Source: Paramoeba atlantica
Lineage: Eukaryota > Protista > Discosea
Direction: 5' to 3'
Assembly (NCBI GenBank): GCA_977017575.1
Contig: CDRNVI010000054.1
Coordinates: forward strand, 682,001 to 746,000
Length of the DNA stretch: 64,000 nucleotides
Under the pieces are notes generated by a model. That model searched no databases, was not told the DNA's origin, and saw only the letters and a program-made list of their open reading frames with translations. Numbering within the stretch: position 1 is the stretch's first letter; every line of letters begins with the position of its first letter. Made by a program: the position numbers and the translations under genes. Shown piece by piece: positions 11,321 through 23,798 of the stretch.

Positions 11321-11917
11321 GTTTTTTCACTTGTCCAAAACAAGGTTTTCAGTCAAATAAGTTCTGAGTCACATCATGGAAACTGTCGCACCCGAATGCT
11401 TGAAGGGCCATTCGGAAGCAGTTTCAACGCGGCGCAAAGTCGGGAAATAGAACCGGGCCTCTAGATTCCTTTTTTACGATGCAGTCGACATCAACGCGTC
11501 AAGAAAGCAACACGCAAGCCATTGAAGAACTGTAATTTCAAGTAGTGATCAAGTGGAAAGATGAAATTGACGTTTAAGATCCAAGAAGCAAGTGAAAAGT
11601 TGTTGAAAGGAAAAGTTGAAACATAAAGTTAAAAGACAACGTGAAAGACCCTCATTGTCTTGCTATCCCCTTACCAGGCGGCACTCGACGCCTTGCGCCC
11701 CGAGCACGTCTACCCGACCGTAGCTACCAGGACGGGCTTTCAAACCCGTTCCATCGTGCAGGCTATGTCTCAAGCCTCCTTTGCGTAGGCAACTCGCAAT
11801 TTAGCGTCTGCACTGGATCCTGGTTCAGCCTATTTGGATATTAAGATGCTTGCACTTTAATATCCAAATAGAAACTTTTGCACTTTAATATCCATATAGC
11901 ACTTTAATCATAGCCAA

Positions 11918-12015
11918 AAGGGTAAGTCGGGTAATTACCCACCTAGCGGGTAAGTGCGGGTAATTACCCGGGTAAGTGTACCCACTTACCCGCACTCACC
12001 CACACTTACCCGCTG
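11918..12015. repeat. Cluster of GGGTAA/TTACCC direct and inverted repeats
   Basis: gggtaattaccc palindromes; agcgggtaagtg ... cacttacccgct. Confidence 0.6.
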
Positions 12016-12512
12016 GGATACACAGAGTACCATGAGTGAGGTGGCAGTGTCTGTCAGGGATGACCGTGAGTAGGTACCGACCTTGCTTCCCCATGTTGAG
12101 GGTGTCAAAGGGTTTCGTAGAACTAGCTGCTCGGCGTCTGTACCATTAGTGAGATGGTAGTGCCAGGGAAGACCGCGAGGAGGTCCCGACCTTGCTTCCC
12201 AGGTTCAGGGTGTCAAAAAGTTTCGGGGGAAGCTGCCTTCATAGAAAGAGCGTAACGGACCCTCCGTAAGGGAAGATGCCTCAGGGGAGATTTGTCTTTC
12301 CGGGGAAGGTTGTGTCTTTGACTGCATAGGGAAAAGTAGAGTCGTGAAAGTGAGGTAACTGTAGTGTACTTTAATTTAGAAACATAATTTTCAGGCTAAA
12401 TCCCAATTTAGAACGTGTAGAATTCTACATATACTGCCAATTATGTTTATCGTTTGAGTAGTTTTCCTACTTTTCTCGCCAGTGTATATACGCAGCGATT
12501 ACTTATAAAAAT

Positions 12513-12599
12513 CTTCGTTAAACGCGGTGGTTGTTTTCAACTTAGAAGTCACTCATGCTGCGCGCTTCGCGTTGAAAACTACCTCCGCGTTTAACGAAG
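12513..12599. repeat. 29-bp inverted repeat made of two family-A ends
   Basis: cttcgttaaacgcggtggttgttttcaac ... gttgaaaactacctccgcgtttaacgaag. Confidence 0.7.
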
Positions 12600-12689
12600 A
12601 GCCTAAAAAAGAAAAATTGGTTACGAAAGCCGAAGAGGCCGGAAGGATTTGAGTCAAAAATTGGCGATTTTTAGGTAAAAATGGGGGCA

Positions 12690-13408
12690 TTTTTGCGTAG
12701 TTTTGCTCGGAGAGCGCTAAATCCGACATTTACGTGTGGGAAATCACTCGTAGGCAAGAATTCAAGGCTGCAGAACGTAATGGGTAGAGAATCCGACTCC
12801 AATCACACCATTCTTCCGTCACAGAAAGACCTCTCTGAGTCCGAAAATTACTTTTTCGCGTTTTCTGGCCAAAAATGGGTCATTTTGTGAGGCGTACCAC
12901 GGCTTCAAAAAGGCGTACCTTGCGAAAACAACGTCGTTGAAAGATAGTATAGGTCCCAAACTATTAAAATACAATAGGGGAAACAATTTTGAAAAAATAA
13001 TTTTTTTACCATTTTTTTCGCCAAGTTGAATTTTTTTTCAAAATTTTTTTTCCGAAAAAATACGAACTTGGCAGACCCGTCCTGCGCATACGAGGGGGGT
13101 CACCCCCGGGTAGGGGGGTGGAAAATGCGCGCCAAGACCCCGGCTACCCCTTCTGCGGTTTTTTTCGAAAAATAATTTTTTCAAAAAAAATTCCGTGCGG
13201 TATGCCCCCCCCCCTAGACCCCCCCCCCTAGACCCCCCCCTAGACCCCCCATTTTTTTAATTTTTTTGTTCAGTTTTGGACCACCGGAGCCCCATTTTAT
13301 ATTTTTTTCCTTTATTATATTACTGTGTTCCTCTTTGTATTTTCACTGTTTTTGTTCACTTTTTTTTCAATAATCGAGGGTAGAGCGGTAGTTATACAAC
13401 CACCGCAA
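12690..13408 (-). mobile_element. Family A long copy (reverse)
   Basis: Reverse complement of 30810-31500 over ~700 bp. Confidence 0.6.
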
Positions 13409-13781
13409 TCTTTATATTATAGGTGCACAATGAGCTCTTGTGCTTCTATCAAACATACGTACGTATCAAATGTACGTACCTATCAAATATACGTACGTAA
13501 TATAAAAAATATCGTAGATACATCGTATTTGTTTCGTACATAATATAAATCGAATGTCAGAATACAAAATGCAAATATTTTTTGCAATGGGAAAAAACAA
13601 AGCGAATGATAAGGAAAGACGGAAAAAAACCACGTAAAATGAGAAAACAAAATTTTGAATATTTCACTTACATTATTCGGCCATAAAAGAATCTTTTCAA
13701 AACATTCCCAAAAATGATTCCTGAATGCAATACAGGACTACTTCTATAGAAGTTCTACTTAGAAGTTCTACTTCTGTAGAA

Positions 13782-14671
13782 CTACTCTTCCCCACTGAGG
13801 TCGCCATTCGATATTTCATCGTCATCGTCTGTCTCATCCTCACCCGCCACTTCATTCACATGCTCGGTTAAGTAGCCAAGTTTCTCGCTGTTGCCACGGA
13901 TAAATATTTGATTAGCGATCACATGAGGTGTAATTGAAGGTTGTCGTGAATTGAACATGTACGACAATATCGATAACCATGGATCACATTTGGTGACCAG
14001 CGGCGGCGTCCATAAGTAATGTCTTGCAGCAGTAAAAACATTCGGGAAATAGTGACGACTCACACCACCACTCATATTCGTTGGCGTGCGAGCGGATCCC
14101 ATCTGTAGTCCTCATATGCTACATACATGTATTCCTTCCACTCCTCCTCGGTAATGCAAAAAATTGGAGGCTCGTTACTATTTTCTGGACGGTACAGAGA
14201 TCCGGGAAAGAGATTGTTGGCGCGTTCCCAAGAAATTGGGGGAGTGTTTGATGGTCGAGCGCATTGCACTATCCAACTTGGTCTGAACCACATAACCTCC
14301 TTCCAAAATTTCATATTATGGTTCTTTTCCAGGCGATGCTTGTGATGGTTTAGTGCTTCTAGGAAACCCGGAGGTGCATCTCGAGATGAAGCGTACTCGA
14401 AGAGTAGCTCTAATGTCTGAGCAACGTGCTCTGCCATAGGCTGCCCTATCATATCAGAAAACTTTTTTAGGGCGACACGTTCTAACCCTCCTGTCTCCCG
14501 GTGGCGTTTAACCCATCGAGAGACAGTAGCTTCACTGCATTTCATAAAAGCAGCAGTGTCTGTAATCGAACGTCCCTGGTTTTGTACCTCATGCACGCAA
14601 ATTATACGTGTTTCATAAGTGATTTGTTGCGTCGAGAGGGTGCGTCTCTGGCGGCGAAGTGTTTTCGGCAT
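13782..14671 (-). CDS. Tc1/IS630-type N-terminal HTH fused to an unrecognised C-terminus (frameshift near 14090)
   Basis: GRSITDTAAFMKCSEATVSRWVKRHRETGG is a transposase-type HTH; no DDE follows in frame. Confidence 0.5.
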
Positions 14672-14965
14672 AAATGATGGGTTAGAAAGAGTTAAATGGT
14701 ATTTTATTCATAGTTTGATGCGCTAAAATGATAAAAAATGATAAATGTCTGATCTTTTGCAGAATTTTCGGGGAAAAGGTTCAGTAAAATAAGCTTATGA
14801 CGTCACATCAGCTTCAGGGGAGGCAACAATGGTGCCAGTAGTCTTAAAAATTCGAGATATGTTGAATGCCGAAGAAATTAGGTCAAAAGCTCGCACGGTA
14901 CAATTTTTTTTGTCCTTTTTTCAAAAACAAAATCAGCCCCCCCCTTTATACAACCAAAAGTCAGG

Positions 14966-15088
14966 TTTTTTTTAAATACTATAAATACATGTACTGTCAC
15001 CCCCCCCTTTATACTTCCAAAAGTACTGAAACCGGCGGAAGTATAAAGGGGGGGTGACAGTACATGTATTTATAGTATTTAAAAAAAA
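14966..15088. repeat. ~52-bp near-perfect inverted repeat (fold-back/mini-MITE)
   Basis: Arms 14966-15018 and 15037-15088 with an 18-nt spacer. Related motif ggcggaagtataa also near 2455. Confidence 0.85.
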
Positions 15089-15111
15089 TTATAGTACTAT
15101 GTAGTACTATA

Positions 15112-16230
15112 CATGGGGGGCCATGAAAACTGACAAGGTCCGCATTTTAGCATCCTGAGGCAGTTTGAGCTGATTTTTGTTGCAAACGAGAGATCTCGTT
15201 CTGAATATCGTGTCTACGCTATTTAAAATACAAAAACGTTCACCGGAAAACATTTCCAATGAGTTACAAAAGTGAAATTTTAAAGATTTTGCAAATTGAA
15301 AAACGGGTCTAAAATTCGTAATTTTTAGTACCACGGCCCAAAAAGTACCCAGAAAGTAGGTCTTAATAGCCAGTATTCCCACCTTCACGCTCACGTAGTA
15401 TAGCGAGGCGCGTGGGAAGACTCTTTAGCGTGTTCACATACGCCTCGTGACATTCGTTCAACAAATATTCCTTGGCCTTTGGAATAGCAGCTTGTAATTC
15501 TTTTCGATTATGTGGACGAAGATGGCTGTGGATGTATTTATCCATCATGCTCCACAAATTCTCAATCAAATTGAGATCAGGAGATTTCGAAGGCCAATCA
15601 ATAATTTTGATGTTTTCCAACTTACCTATTCTCCTGGCTTCCCCATGCCCTGGCGCGTTGTCAAGGACAACTGTAGCCCCGGGGCGGCGATGCATCCAGT
15701 TGAAAAACCCATTTCGTTTTTTCATTGCATTCAAAAAGACCTCATTTGTAACAGTTTCATTTTGTGCGAACTCATGGAAACACGCATCAGGCACTTCCCA
15801 ACGGAGACTGGTGGCCATGAATACATGAACTCCTTTCCCCCCATACCACCTATCTATTCGTACTGGTGTTTCCTTGGGGGGGTCAGTCATTTTTGCAAGG
15901 TACGTAATTTTTTTACCGGGTGATCCGCATCGAAAGATTTTTTCGTCGCACCACACAATACGAGACATCTGATATGGGCTGAATCCCTCAAAGTAATCAG
16001 CAAGTTGTAGTCTAGCAGCCTTGTGCTCACCTGTTAAAAAAAGGCTTGTGTGACATCGTCTTAATGACGTATCCCATCCTTTTCAAACTCTAACTTTTAT
16101 TACCAGAAACGGGCTCCAAATAGCGTAGACACGATACTCAGAACGAGATCTCTCGTTTGCAATAAAAATCAGCTTAAAAGGCCTCAGGACGCCAAAATGC
16201 GGACCTTGTCAGTTTTCGTGCCGCCCCCCG
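15112..16230 (-). mobile_element. Tc1/IS630-type DNA transposon, internally deleted (DDE domain only)
   Basis: ~120-bp imperfect TIRs (15112-15235, 16110-16230) flanked by TA. ORF 15363..15968 has WCDE, DNAPGH and WPSKSPDLNLIENLW. Confidence 0.85.
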
Positions 16231-16699
16231 TACGGGCTACGGTTCACTACGGGTAAACCGCAGCATCATAGTACTATAAATCTATAAAAATCTATAACAG
16301 AAAAAAGTGATCAAAAACGTTTTGATGCTCTCTTTTAGCACCAAAGACACCATGTACAAAGTCAATTTATGACAGGCTTAATCAAGTTTTTTATGTTTCG
16401 CGGCAGAAAACTTAGTTTTCAGTTTTTTGCTTGTGCTTCTTCCGCCACGGGAGAAAAAAGAAGTTACAAGGACTCTCTTTTGAAGGAGAAACGTGTCCAA
16501 ACCCGACGAAAATCAATCAAAAAAAATTATATTTTTATACATAGTAATTGAAAAATTATAATACTATATAGTACTATAATTATAGATTTTGTAGATTTTC
16601 AGACCCCTGAAAAATACCTAAAAAAGAATCTTTAAAGTGCATTAAATTCAGTAACTCAAATTTTCAGGAATCAATCTTCAGGAATTAAAGTTCTGCTGG

Positions 16700-17560
16700 A
16701 TTCAACGAGGATACACCCCCTTTTCCTTGACGGAAAATAAGGCGGCAAGAAAAATAGTCACTGTTTGCTTTTCGTTCGTACGAACGACTTTGACTCAAAT
16801 CACGCCCACTGGCGCTAACGTTTTCCCCTTCAGTTCGCCGTCGACGCTAACGCTAGTCTCATGACAAAACTTTTATCTCCGAAAATAACAGAGCTGTACT
16901 GACGAACATCGTGCTGCGAGTACAAATGATGCGACTGTCGTCTTATACGTTGACCAATATCTGATGGTGTGATAGCTTGAGTCCATCAAAACACGTAACG
17001 ATAGTGCTTATACGCTCTTTCTTTTGCTTTTTCACCCAGTCCTTCCCGAAATGCCCCATGATGACTCATCAACTGGAGCACCCTATCTCGAGCGATAGGG
17101 ATATGATCATTCAACAGACCGAGAAGGGTTTCATGAACCTTTGCCATAAAATCTTGTCGCGAGCTATTGAAGGCTCGCTCAAGCTTCCGGTCGCGACCTC
17201 CACGATTCATTCTTGATTGATAATCTTTTTCTCCGACTCGCTTTATTTTCCGTATGGTCTCCTCGGCAATATTATGACTTCGCAAGTTTTGATACGGAAG
17301 ACGAAGAACGACACACGCACAACTTGTCTTGCACCGACAAGTGTTTTCTGCGGTATATTGATGGAGGAACAAAGGGAGGGAGAGAGGGACGTGCTGAAAG
17401 AGAATTTTGGGGAAGAGAGATACCAGGTTCTTGTCCGGAAACAAAAGGTCCGACCACATGTGATACACGAGCCACTGGAGTTCGCGAAATGATCCAGTTG
17501 CTTAACGGTCCACGCGGCACCAGATCCTCCCGAAAATTCATAGGACAATAATTTTCAGGA
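16700..17560 (-). pseudogene. Probable N-terminal part of the same hAT transposase
   Basis: CxxC (SCITCG, BED-like) near 17470 and SVSVDG (first catalytic Asp-like) near 16850. In the second unit the homologous segment (31500-31690) sits next to the hAT C-terminal half, separated only by family A. Confidence 0.4.
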
Positions 17561-17980
17561 GAAGTTTTCTATAGTTCCTAAACAAGGTCTTGCAGCTTTT
17601 TTATACACTATTTTACACTCGGATAGCTATGCACCGGAAAACAGCCGCTGCTTCTTTCATCGGCGGATTTCATAAAAAAATGCCCCCCCCCCCTAAACAA
17701 ATCTTTGGCCTTTTAGACAAAATAGCCCTATCAAAGGGGGGGCGGGCACACGTAGCCCTATTAAATAGGGCCGTTTCTGTAATTGCATGCTCTGACTTTT
17801 TTATGTGACAGATCCCCCCCTAGTTATACAGGGGGTATGTATGTATGTAGGTCACACCCCTATCTAGTTATATGTCTCTTTTCCACGAAACGTAGTGACT
17901 GATAACTACGGGGGGGTACAGTACATTCATAGAATTATTTTTTATTTTTTAAAAAACAATAATTTACATTCTAACTTTAC

Positions 17981-18880
17981 ATGCTACACTTAACGCTACA
18001 AATGATCGTGCGGTTCATAATATGTTCGGATATTCAGGAGCCATCGACTAAACGTCGTAAAGTCGAAACTTCAGTATCTTCGAACATCCATTCCGATGAA
18101 CAAATTACAAATACGAGATCGCGTATTGCCAAAGTGAGCGCTGCGAATTTACCTCAGGAGTATCTACTCGTTCGTCTCCTCGCGGAAGTCCACAACTTGG
18201 ACGAATCGTGGAGTCTTCACACGCCAGCATGCGAGTGGGAAGGTGTGAGTTGTAACGAGCGGGAAGAAGTCAGCCACGTGAGATGGACCCAACGAGATTT
18301 GTCAGGTACTATGAACTTGATTTATCTCCCACATAGTTTGTACGATTTTGATGTGTGTCAGAACGCTCTAGAAGGGACAGCACCGCTCACGCGCTTGCCT
18401 TCGGAACTGCGATCACTAACTCTGTACGAAAATCGGTTTGCAGGCGAGTTGGACCTGATTTTTCTTCCGCTCTGTTTCGAAGATTTGACTTTGAATGACA
18501 ACAGATTCAATGGAACTGTGTGTTTGACGAGTCTGCCGGTCAATATGCGAAATGTGAACCTTAGCGAAAATCGTCTTACCGGGCCACTTGATTTGACTTT
18601 GCTTCCGCCTAACATATGTCAAGTATATCTCTCTGGAAATCAGTTGTCCGGCGAACTCGATCTCCGACAACTTCCTTCGGGGATTTGGCACCTTGATTTG
18701 TCGCGCAATATGTTTTCTGGTGATGTCAACTTGGCGGAGCTTCCATCTTCATTGCTGACTTTCAATTTATCAGATAATGTGAACTTGCGTAGCAATATAA
18801 CAAGATCGCCCTTTCCTGAGCATGTGCAAGAGTACGGTTTGTGCGTATATAACACACAGATAAGGCTCGAGAATCATTGA
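17981..18880 (+). CDS. LRR protein with basic NLS-like motif
   Basis: PSTKRRKVE; ACEWEGVSC cap; 6-7 LRRs. Confidence 0.9.
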   Translation: MLHLTLQMIVRFIICSDIQEPSTKRRKVETSVSSNIHSDEQITNTRSRIAKVSAANLPQEYLLVRLLAEVHNLDESWSLHTPACEWEGVSCNEREEVSHVRWTQRDLSGTMNLIYLPHSLYDFDVCQNALEGTAPLTRLPSELRSLTLYENRFAGELDLIFLPLCFEDLTLNDNRFNGTVCLTSLPVNMRNVNLSENRLTGPLDLTLLPPNICQVYLSGNQLSGELDLRQLPSGIWHLDLSRNMFSGDVNLAELPSSLLTFNLSDNVNLRSNITRSPFPEHVQEYGLCVYNTQIRLENH

Positions 18881-19499
18881 ATCAAATAGAATGATAAAGA
18901 ATTTAAAGAGAATAAAGAGAATTCAAAGAGAATAAAGAGAAAGATGGAGAGAAAATGGGGGGATTAGGGGGATCTTCAATTATTCAATAAATTCTATTGT
19001 TTTGGAAACTTTTATAAACTTTTTTATCTCAAAAAAGTGTACGACGTGACATACCCCCTTGATTAATTGCTGTCGCTCAACCCCTTTGTAATGTGCATAA
19101 CAGAGAACACATCTAAAATGTGTATGACAGACTAAACGCAATGTCTGAGAACTGTGATTTAGTATAATTTGTCTTAAAAAAAAGAGTTGTTTACTTTTGA
19201 TTTCTTAACTCCTATGGCTTCTTAACTCCGCAGTTTCCAGTCCCAAGCCTGGGGCAGGTCTCTCAAAGGCCGGGGTAGGAGGGGGAAGCGATCATTCGAT
19301 CGAGTTGTACACCTTGAATTGGATGTCTCGGTCTTCCCGATGACATTCGAACCGTATAGGGCTGGACTTGGCATGCTGCAGGGCAGTTAGACATGGTGAA
19401 GTACCGCAACACTCTCATGTTGCCACTGGTTAATTGAACAGTTGGACCCCCTTGGTTCCCGCTGGTAGGATGTGACATTGGATGTCACATGCTGGTTAG

Positions 19500-19691
19500 T
19501 TACGGAGAGTTGGACTCCCTTGGTTGGCGCTGGTACGCTGTGACATTGGATTGTTCTGACGAGTGAGAGCGCCATCGTCCCATTAATTGCCTCTCTGAAA
19601 TAGGAACGCCACGGACTCGAAGCTCAGTGACCTTCCCATGCTGCAATGAATGCATAGTCCATGTTCGAGTGTTATCAGAATATTCTAACAT
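19500..19691 (-). pseudogene. Tyrosine recombinase C-terminal remnant
   Basis: HSLQHGKVTELRVRGVPISERQLMGRWRS matches YR box II (HSxRxG...GV...GRWxS); the Q codon CAG could derive from CGG (Arg). Confidence 0.5.
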
Positions 19692-20869
19692 AAAAATTTA
19701 TTTTCGAAATTACAATTTTCATATTTTAAAAACTTCACACAATACAAGCAACTGCTCACAAAAATCACAAAGATATGAATCCGAATACTGGATAAAGAAA
19801 GATGCAAATACTGGATTTGGCAAAGATTTTAATGAATAGGTTAAGGAGATACCCAACATCGGGGTACAAAGATCTCAGCAGCCAGTCCAATAGACCACCC
19901 AATAGACTAATCCTAAACATTATCCTAAACTGTGTATAAACACACTCACAACAATTGCAGGCAACTGATCACAATGATCGCAAAAAAAATTTCAAAGGAT
20001 CCTGAGAAAGGGATTCAAAAGAAACGAACATAAGTCACTAGGATCGTGAACTGATCCCAAAGATAGAAAACAGCTCATCAAAAAGAACACAAAGAGGGAC
20101 CATTCTTTAAGAATGGGTCGCAAAGACCCCCCCAAAAAAAGCAAGAAAGAAGTTCAAAGTAGCCCAACAATAAAGTCTTAAACCTTAAAGCACAAATGCC
20201 TTAAAGTTTAAGGTATTTAAGTTGTTTAAGTCTTAAACAGCTGACCAAAAAGACCCCCCCCAAGAAAGAATCCAAACTATGAGGTACAACCAACTTAAGC
20301 AACTCAACTTAAAAAACTGATCTTAAGCAACTCAAAGATTGAACAACTGACCACAAAGGTCACCAGAAACATAATAGTAAAACATAATAATAAAAAAGAT
20401 CACAATGGTCCCAAAAAATGGATTCCGAAGAACTAAAACAAGTTCGAAATATCTTAAACAATTGATAAGGTAACAACATCCGATCACAAAGATCTTGAAG
20501 AATGTATCCGAATGACTCCATTGTGCGATACAACGTCTTAACAAACGGATCCCAAATAAATACAATCGCCTGGCCAAGGTCACAAGACACATGGACCCCA
20601 AAAATATTGAAGCATGGATCTCAAATACTCCAGATAAATATTGGCAAATAATTAAAGCTTGAAGGAAAATGAATCAAAAACAAAAATCACAAACGACCGA
20701 TAACAAAGATACATAAGGAGTAATTACAAATATACGAAAAACAATCGATCAAAACGATAAAGCAAACTATCACAAAAATTACAAAAAAAAACAGGATTGA
20801 TAACAAGAGTATCCAAGTAACGAATCGCTAACTGGGCCACAGGGGATAAAACAAAAACACCCATGTCGC

Positions 20870-22110
20870 CTCCCCCGTCCTGAATATTTGTCAATGTACC
20901 CCGGCATTGAACGACCTCCAACACCTCGCCCACCATTGCAGCTCACGGAGCATGAAATAGGAGCCGCAATGAAAAGTTTCCATCGAGGCTCATTGGGGGG
21001 TATGATGGGGTTACGCCCGGAGCAGATACTGGAAGCTTTTTACGCGAACGTCGACTCGTCCATCAACCCACTCACTTCTCTCACTAAATAAGTCAATCAC
21101 CTCCTGGCAGGGAAGGCCCCCCTCGAATCTCAAAATTACTTCGCCGGCGCCCGCCTCTGCGCCCTACAGAAAGGAGAGCATGACGTCCGCCCAATCGCCG
21201 TCGAGGAAACCCTCCGTCGCTTAGCCTGCAAAGGGGCTTGCGCAGCGCTAAAATCACAAGCACAAGCCATCTCTCACGGGACGCAATATGGTGTTGCTGT
21301 CCCCGCTGGAGCGGAACGGATGATACATCGTTGTCGACAAACGGTCTCTGCTCACATAGACGATCCGGAATTTGTTTTTTGCAAAGTCGATCTAGCTAAC
21401 GCGTTCAACAACGTAGCTCTTCACCCCGCCTCGGCACATAACGCTACTCTGTTCCAGGACATCCCCGGGAACAGGATAAACCTAGACGGCGAATTCGATA
21501 TCTTGGGAAGCCCTGTTGGATCGACCGATCATTGCACAAACTTTCTCTACACAAAAGCTTTACTCCCCGCACAAGCCACACTTCAGGCAATAAAGAAAGT
21601 CGAAGACCCCCAAGTGGCGGTGACACTGATTCGGCAATGCTCAGGTTTTTGCCAACTAGTTTTTTCTATGCGCACGACGCCCCCTCAGGTAATATCGAAC
21701 CTTTGCAAAAACCTCGATGATGCAGGACTACAAGCATTAGAGGGGGTCATCGGCTCGCTTAACTCCTCGGCACGCTCCCAGGCTCGGCGTAACAAAAGGC
21801 ACGGCGGTTTCAGTCTGCGATCCTCGTTCACCCACGCTGCCGCGGCGTATGTGTCTTCCGTTGCATTCGCAGCATTTTGCGATAGGTGGGACGCAGAAGA
21901 CGCTGCCGGTTTTCCCGAGGCAGCGCGCCATGTCAACGAGCTCATCGATACACCCCTCATAAACGAACGCACAGGGCGTTACTTGCAGGACGCTATTCCC
22001 ACGGCTCCCGGTCGCACTCCCACTGCTCCGACTCTTCCGGTCGATCTGACACTCCCTGATCCGACGCGTCCTGAGGTAAAACCGCGGATCCCTAGGCAGC
22101 AAGCCAAACA
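20870..22110 (+). pseudogene. CRE-clade RT fragment, catalytic core deleted (copy B)
   Basis: KSFHRGSLGGMMGLRPE...GARLCALQKG..DVRPIAV with an in-frame stop at 21089, then the same deletion junction as 1-880. Confidence 0.85.
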
Positions 22111-22684
22111 TCGAAAGTCTACAACTTACCATGAGTACTCATCGAAGGTCCCCCCTAGCCGTGCGTTTTAGGCGTATTAAATTTATTTATTAACAGATAA
22201 ATTAATATAAATTAAAGATCTCAAAACGAAAATATGGTATCATAACCCTACCATGACCCCTAATGCAAAAAATAAGGCGGGGTGCCTTATTGGTGGCCAG
22301 GGGTTTTTAGGGGTATTTTTATTCATTTATCCTTTAATTAATGCTTTGTCGGTAATGAATGGTAGAATTCTTTTTGAATTGATGCGCAAAAGAATTGAAG
22401 AGCCTCTGCACAAGTAAAAAAAATAGTACTCCTCCTAAAAGGAGATCGCAAGGTATATACGTATGACAGAAAAGGTTTCCTGCGTCATGCACTACAAGCC
22501 ATTTATGTGGCTGTACAAAAAGGCAACGCCGCTATACTATCCTCCGCGGTGAAAGAGTGGAGGAAGGCGGGTGTCCGCTAATGATGCATGTAAGAATGAC
22601 ATTGCAACATAGTCGACAGGCATTGCCGGAAACAAATAATAGTATTTTTTAAATACCCTTAATATTTTATCTAACTTACGTGTA

Positions 22685-23398
22685 ATGGATTCCCAAGCTC
22701 CATCCACGCGCCCTTCGAAAGTTCGTGCAGTGAGTGTACCACAAGAAATGGATCTTGAGCGGCTCACCAGCAGTTTGTACACTCATCATGAGAGCTGGAG
22801 TTCAGATGTTTCCGCTTGCAAATGGAAAGGCATCAAGTGCAACTCTGAGGAGAAAGTTACAGACATAAAGTGGAACCGTCAAAACCTGAGTGGATCCATG
22901 AAATTTGAGTATATTCCAATATCCGTTGAGACGCTCGACATTGAACACAACTATATACGTGGTGAACTTGTCCTAAGTGACCTTTTCCCTTTAGTAAATT
23001 TTACTGCTTTCTATCTAGGGGAGAACAAATTTACAGGCAATCCGGATCTTTCCAGACTTCCGAAGCTTTCTACTGCAGCGTGGATGGAAAGAAATGAATT
23101 GTCTGGTGATATATGCCTTACACAGTTGCCCATCGATCTGGCATATATTGACGTTAGCGATAACTTGTTAACGGGAAAACTAGATTTGGGGGCACTCCCA
23201 CGCACTCTTGAATCATTGTACTTGTCTGGAAACAAATTCGAAGGGATTATAGATTTATCGCTCGTACCGGAGAAGCTAGATTCCATTTCATTAGAAAACA
23301 ATGAGCTCCTCGAAGGTACAATATTCGCGAGTAAACTCCGTCGGCGGTTAAGGAATCACATTGATGTATCGAATACCAAGCTTGTGATCTTAGATTAA
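22685..23398 (+). CDS. LRR protein (duplicate of 1454..2167)
   Basis: One amino-acid difference (LDAI/LDSI). Confidence 0.9.
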   Translation: MDSQAPSTRPSKVRAVSVPQEMDLERLTSSLYTHHESWSSDVSACKWKGIKCNSEEKVTDIKWNRQNLSGSMKFEYIPISVETLDIEHNYIRGELVLSDLFPLVNFTAFYLGENKFTGNPDLSRLPKLSTAAWMERNELSGDICLTQLPIDLAYIDVSDNLLTGKLDLGALPRTLESLYLSGNKFEGIIDLSLVPEKLDSISLENNELLEGTIFASKLRRRLRNHIDVSNTKLVILD

Positions 23399-23798
23399 GA
23401 TAATAATTTAATACGCACTATGAATTTATGAATTCAGGTCCCTTTCATGAAATAAAGTATTAGAAAATAATTCATAAATTATGTGATTCATAAACATTTT
23501 TATGTTTTGTCCCTTAGCTCGATAGTCCCCTAGCTACATGCCCGTATGGAAAATATTGATTTCCCGTAAATAAATTATTACTGTTAGTACTGTTTTGTGA
23601 ACCCCCTTTATACGTAAAGAATTTCAAAAGTTCAGGTTGCCCCTTCAAGACCTTCTAAAAGTGTTCTAAAAGTCCTGATAACGGCGGAAGTATAAGAAAG
23701 GGGATAATTACAATTCCTAGAGTTTTAGGATTATCCTTTTAAAGTTCCAGAAAACTGTTTGCGCGGACGTCTCACGCGGAGCTAAGGTAAAGAACACC

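Noticed and set aside
11918-12015. Telomeric repeat
   Set aside because: The unit is GGGTAA/TTACCC, not TTAGGG/CCCTAA, and it is not a pure tandem run.
20332-20601. Retroposed edited kinetoplast mRNA (U-rich - strand ORF)
   Set aside because: No recognisable cox, cob, atp6, rps12 or nad motifs in any frame, even reading TGA as Trp.
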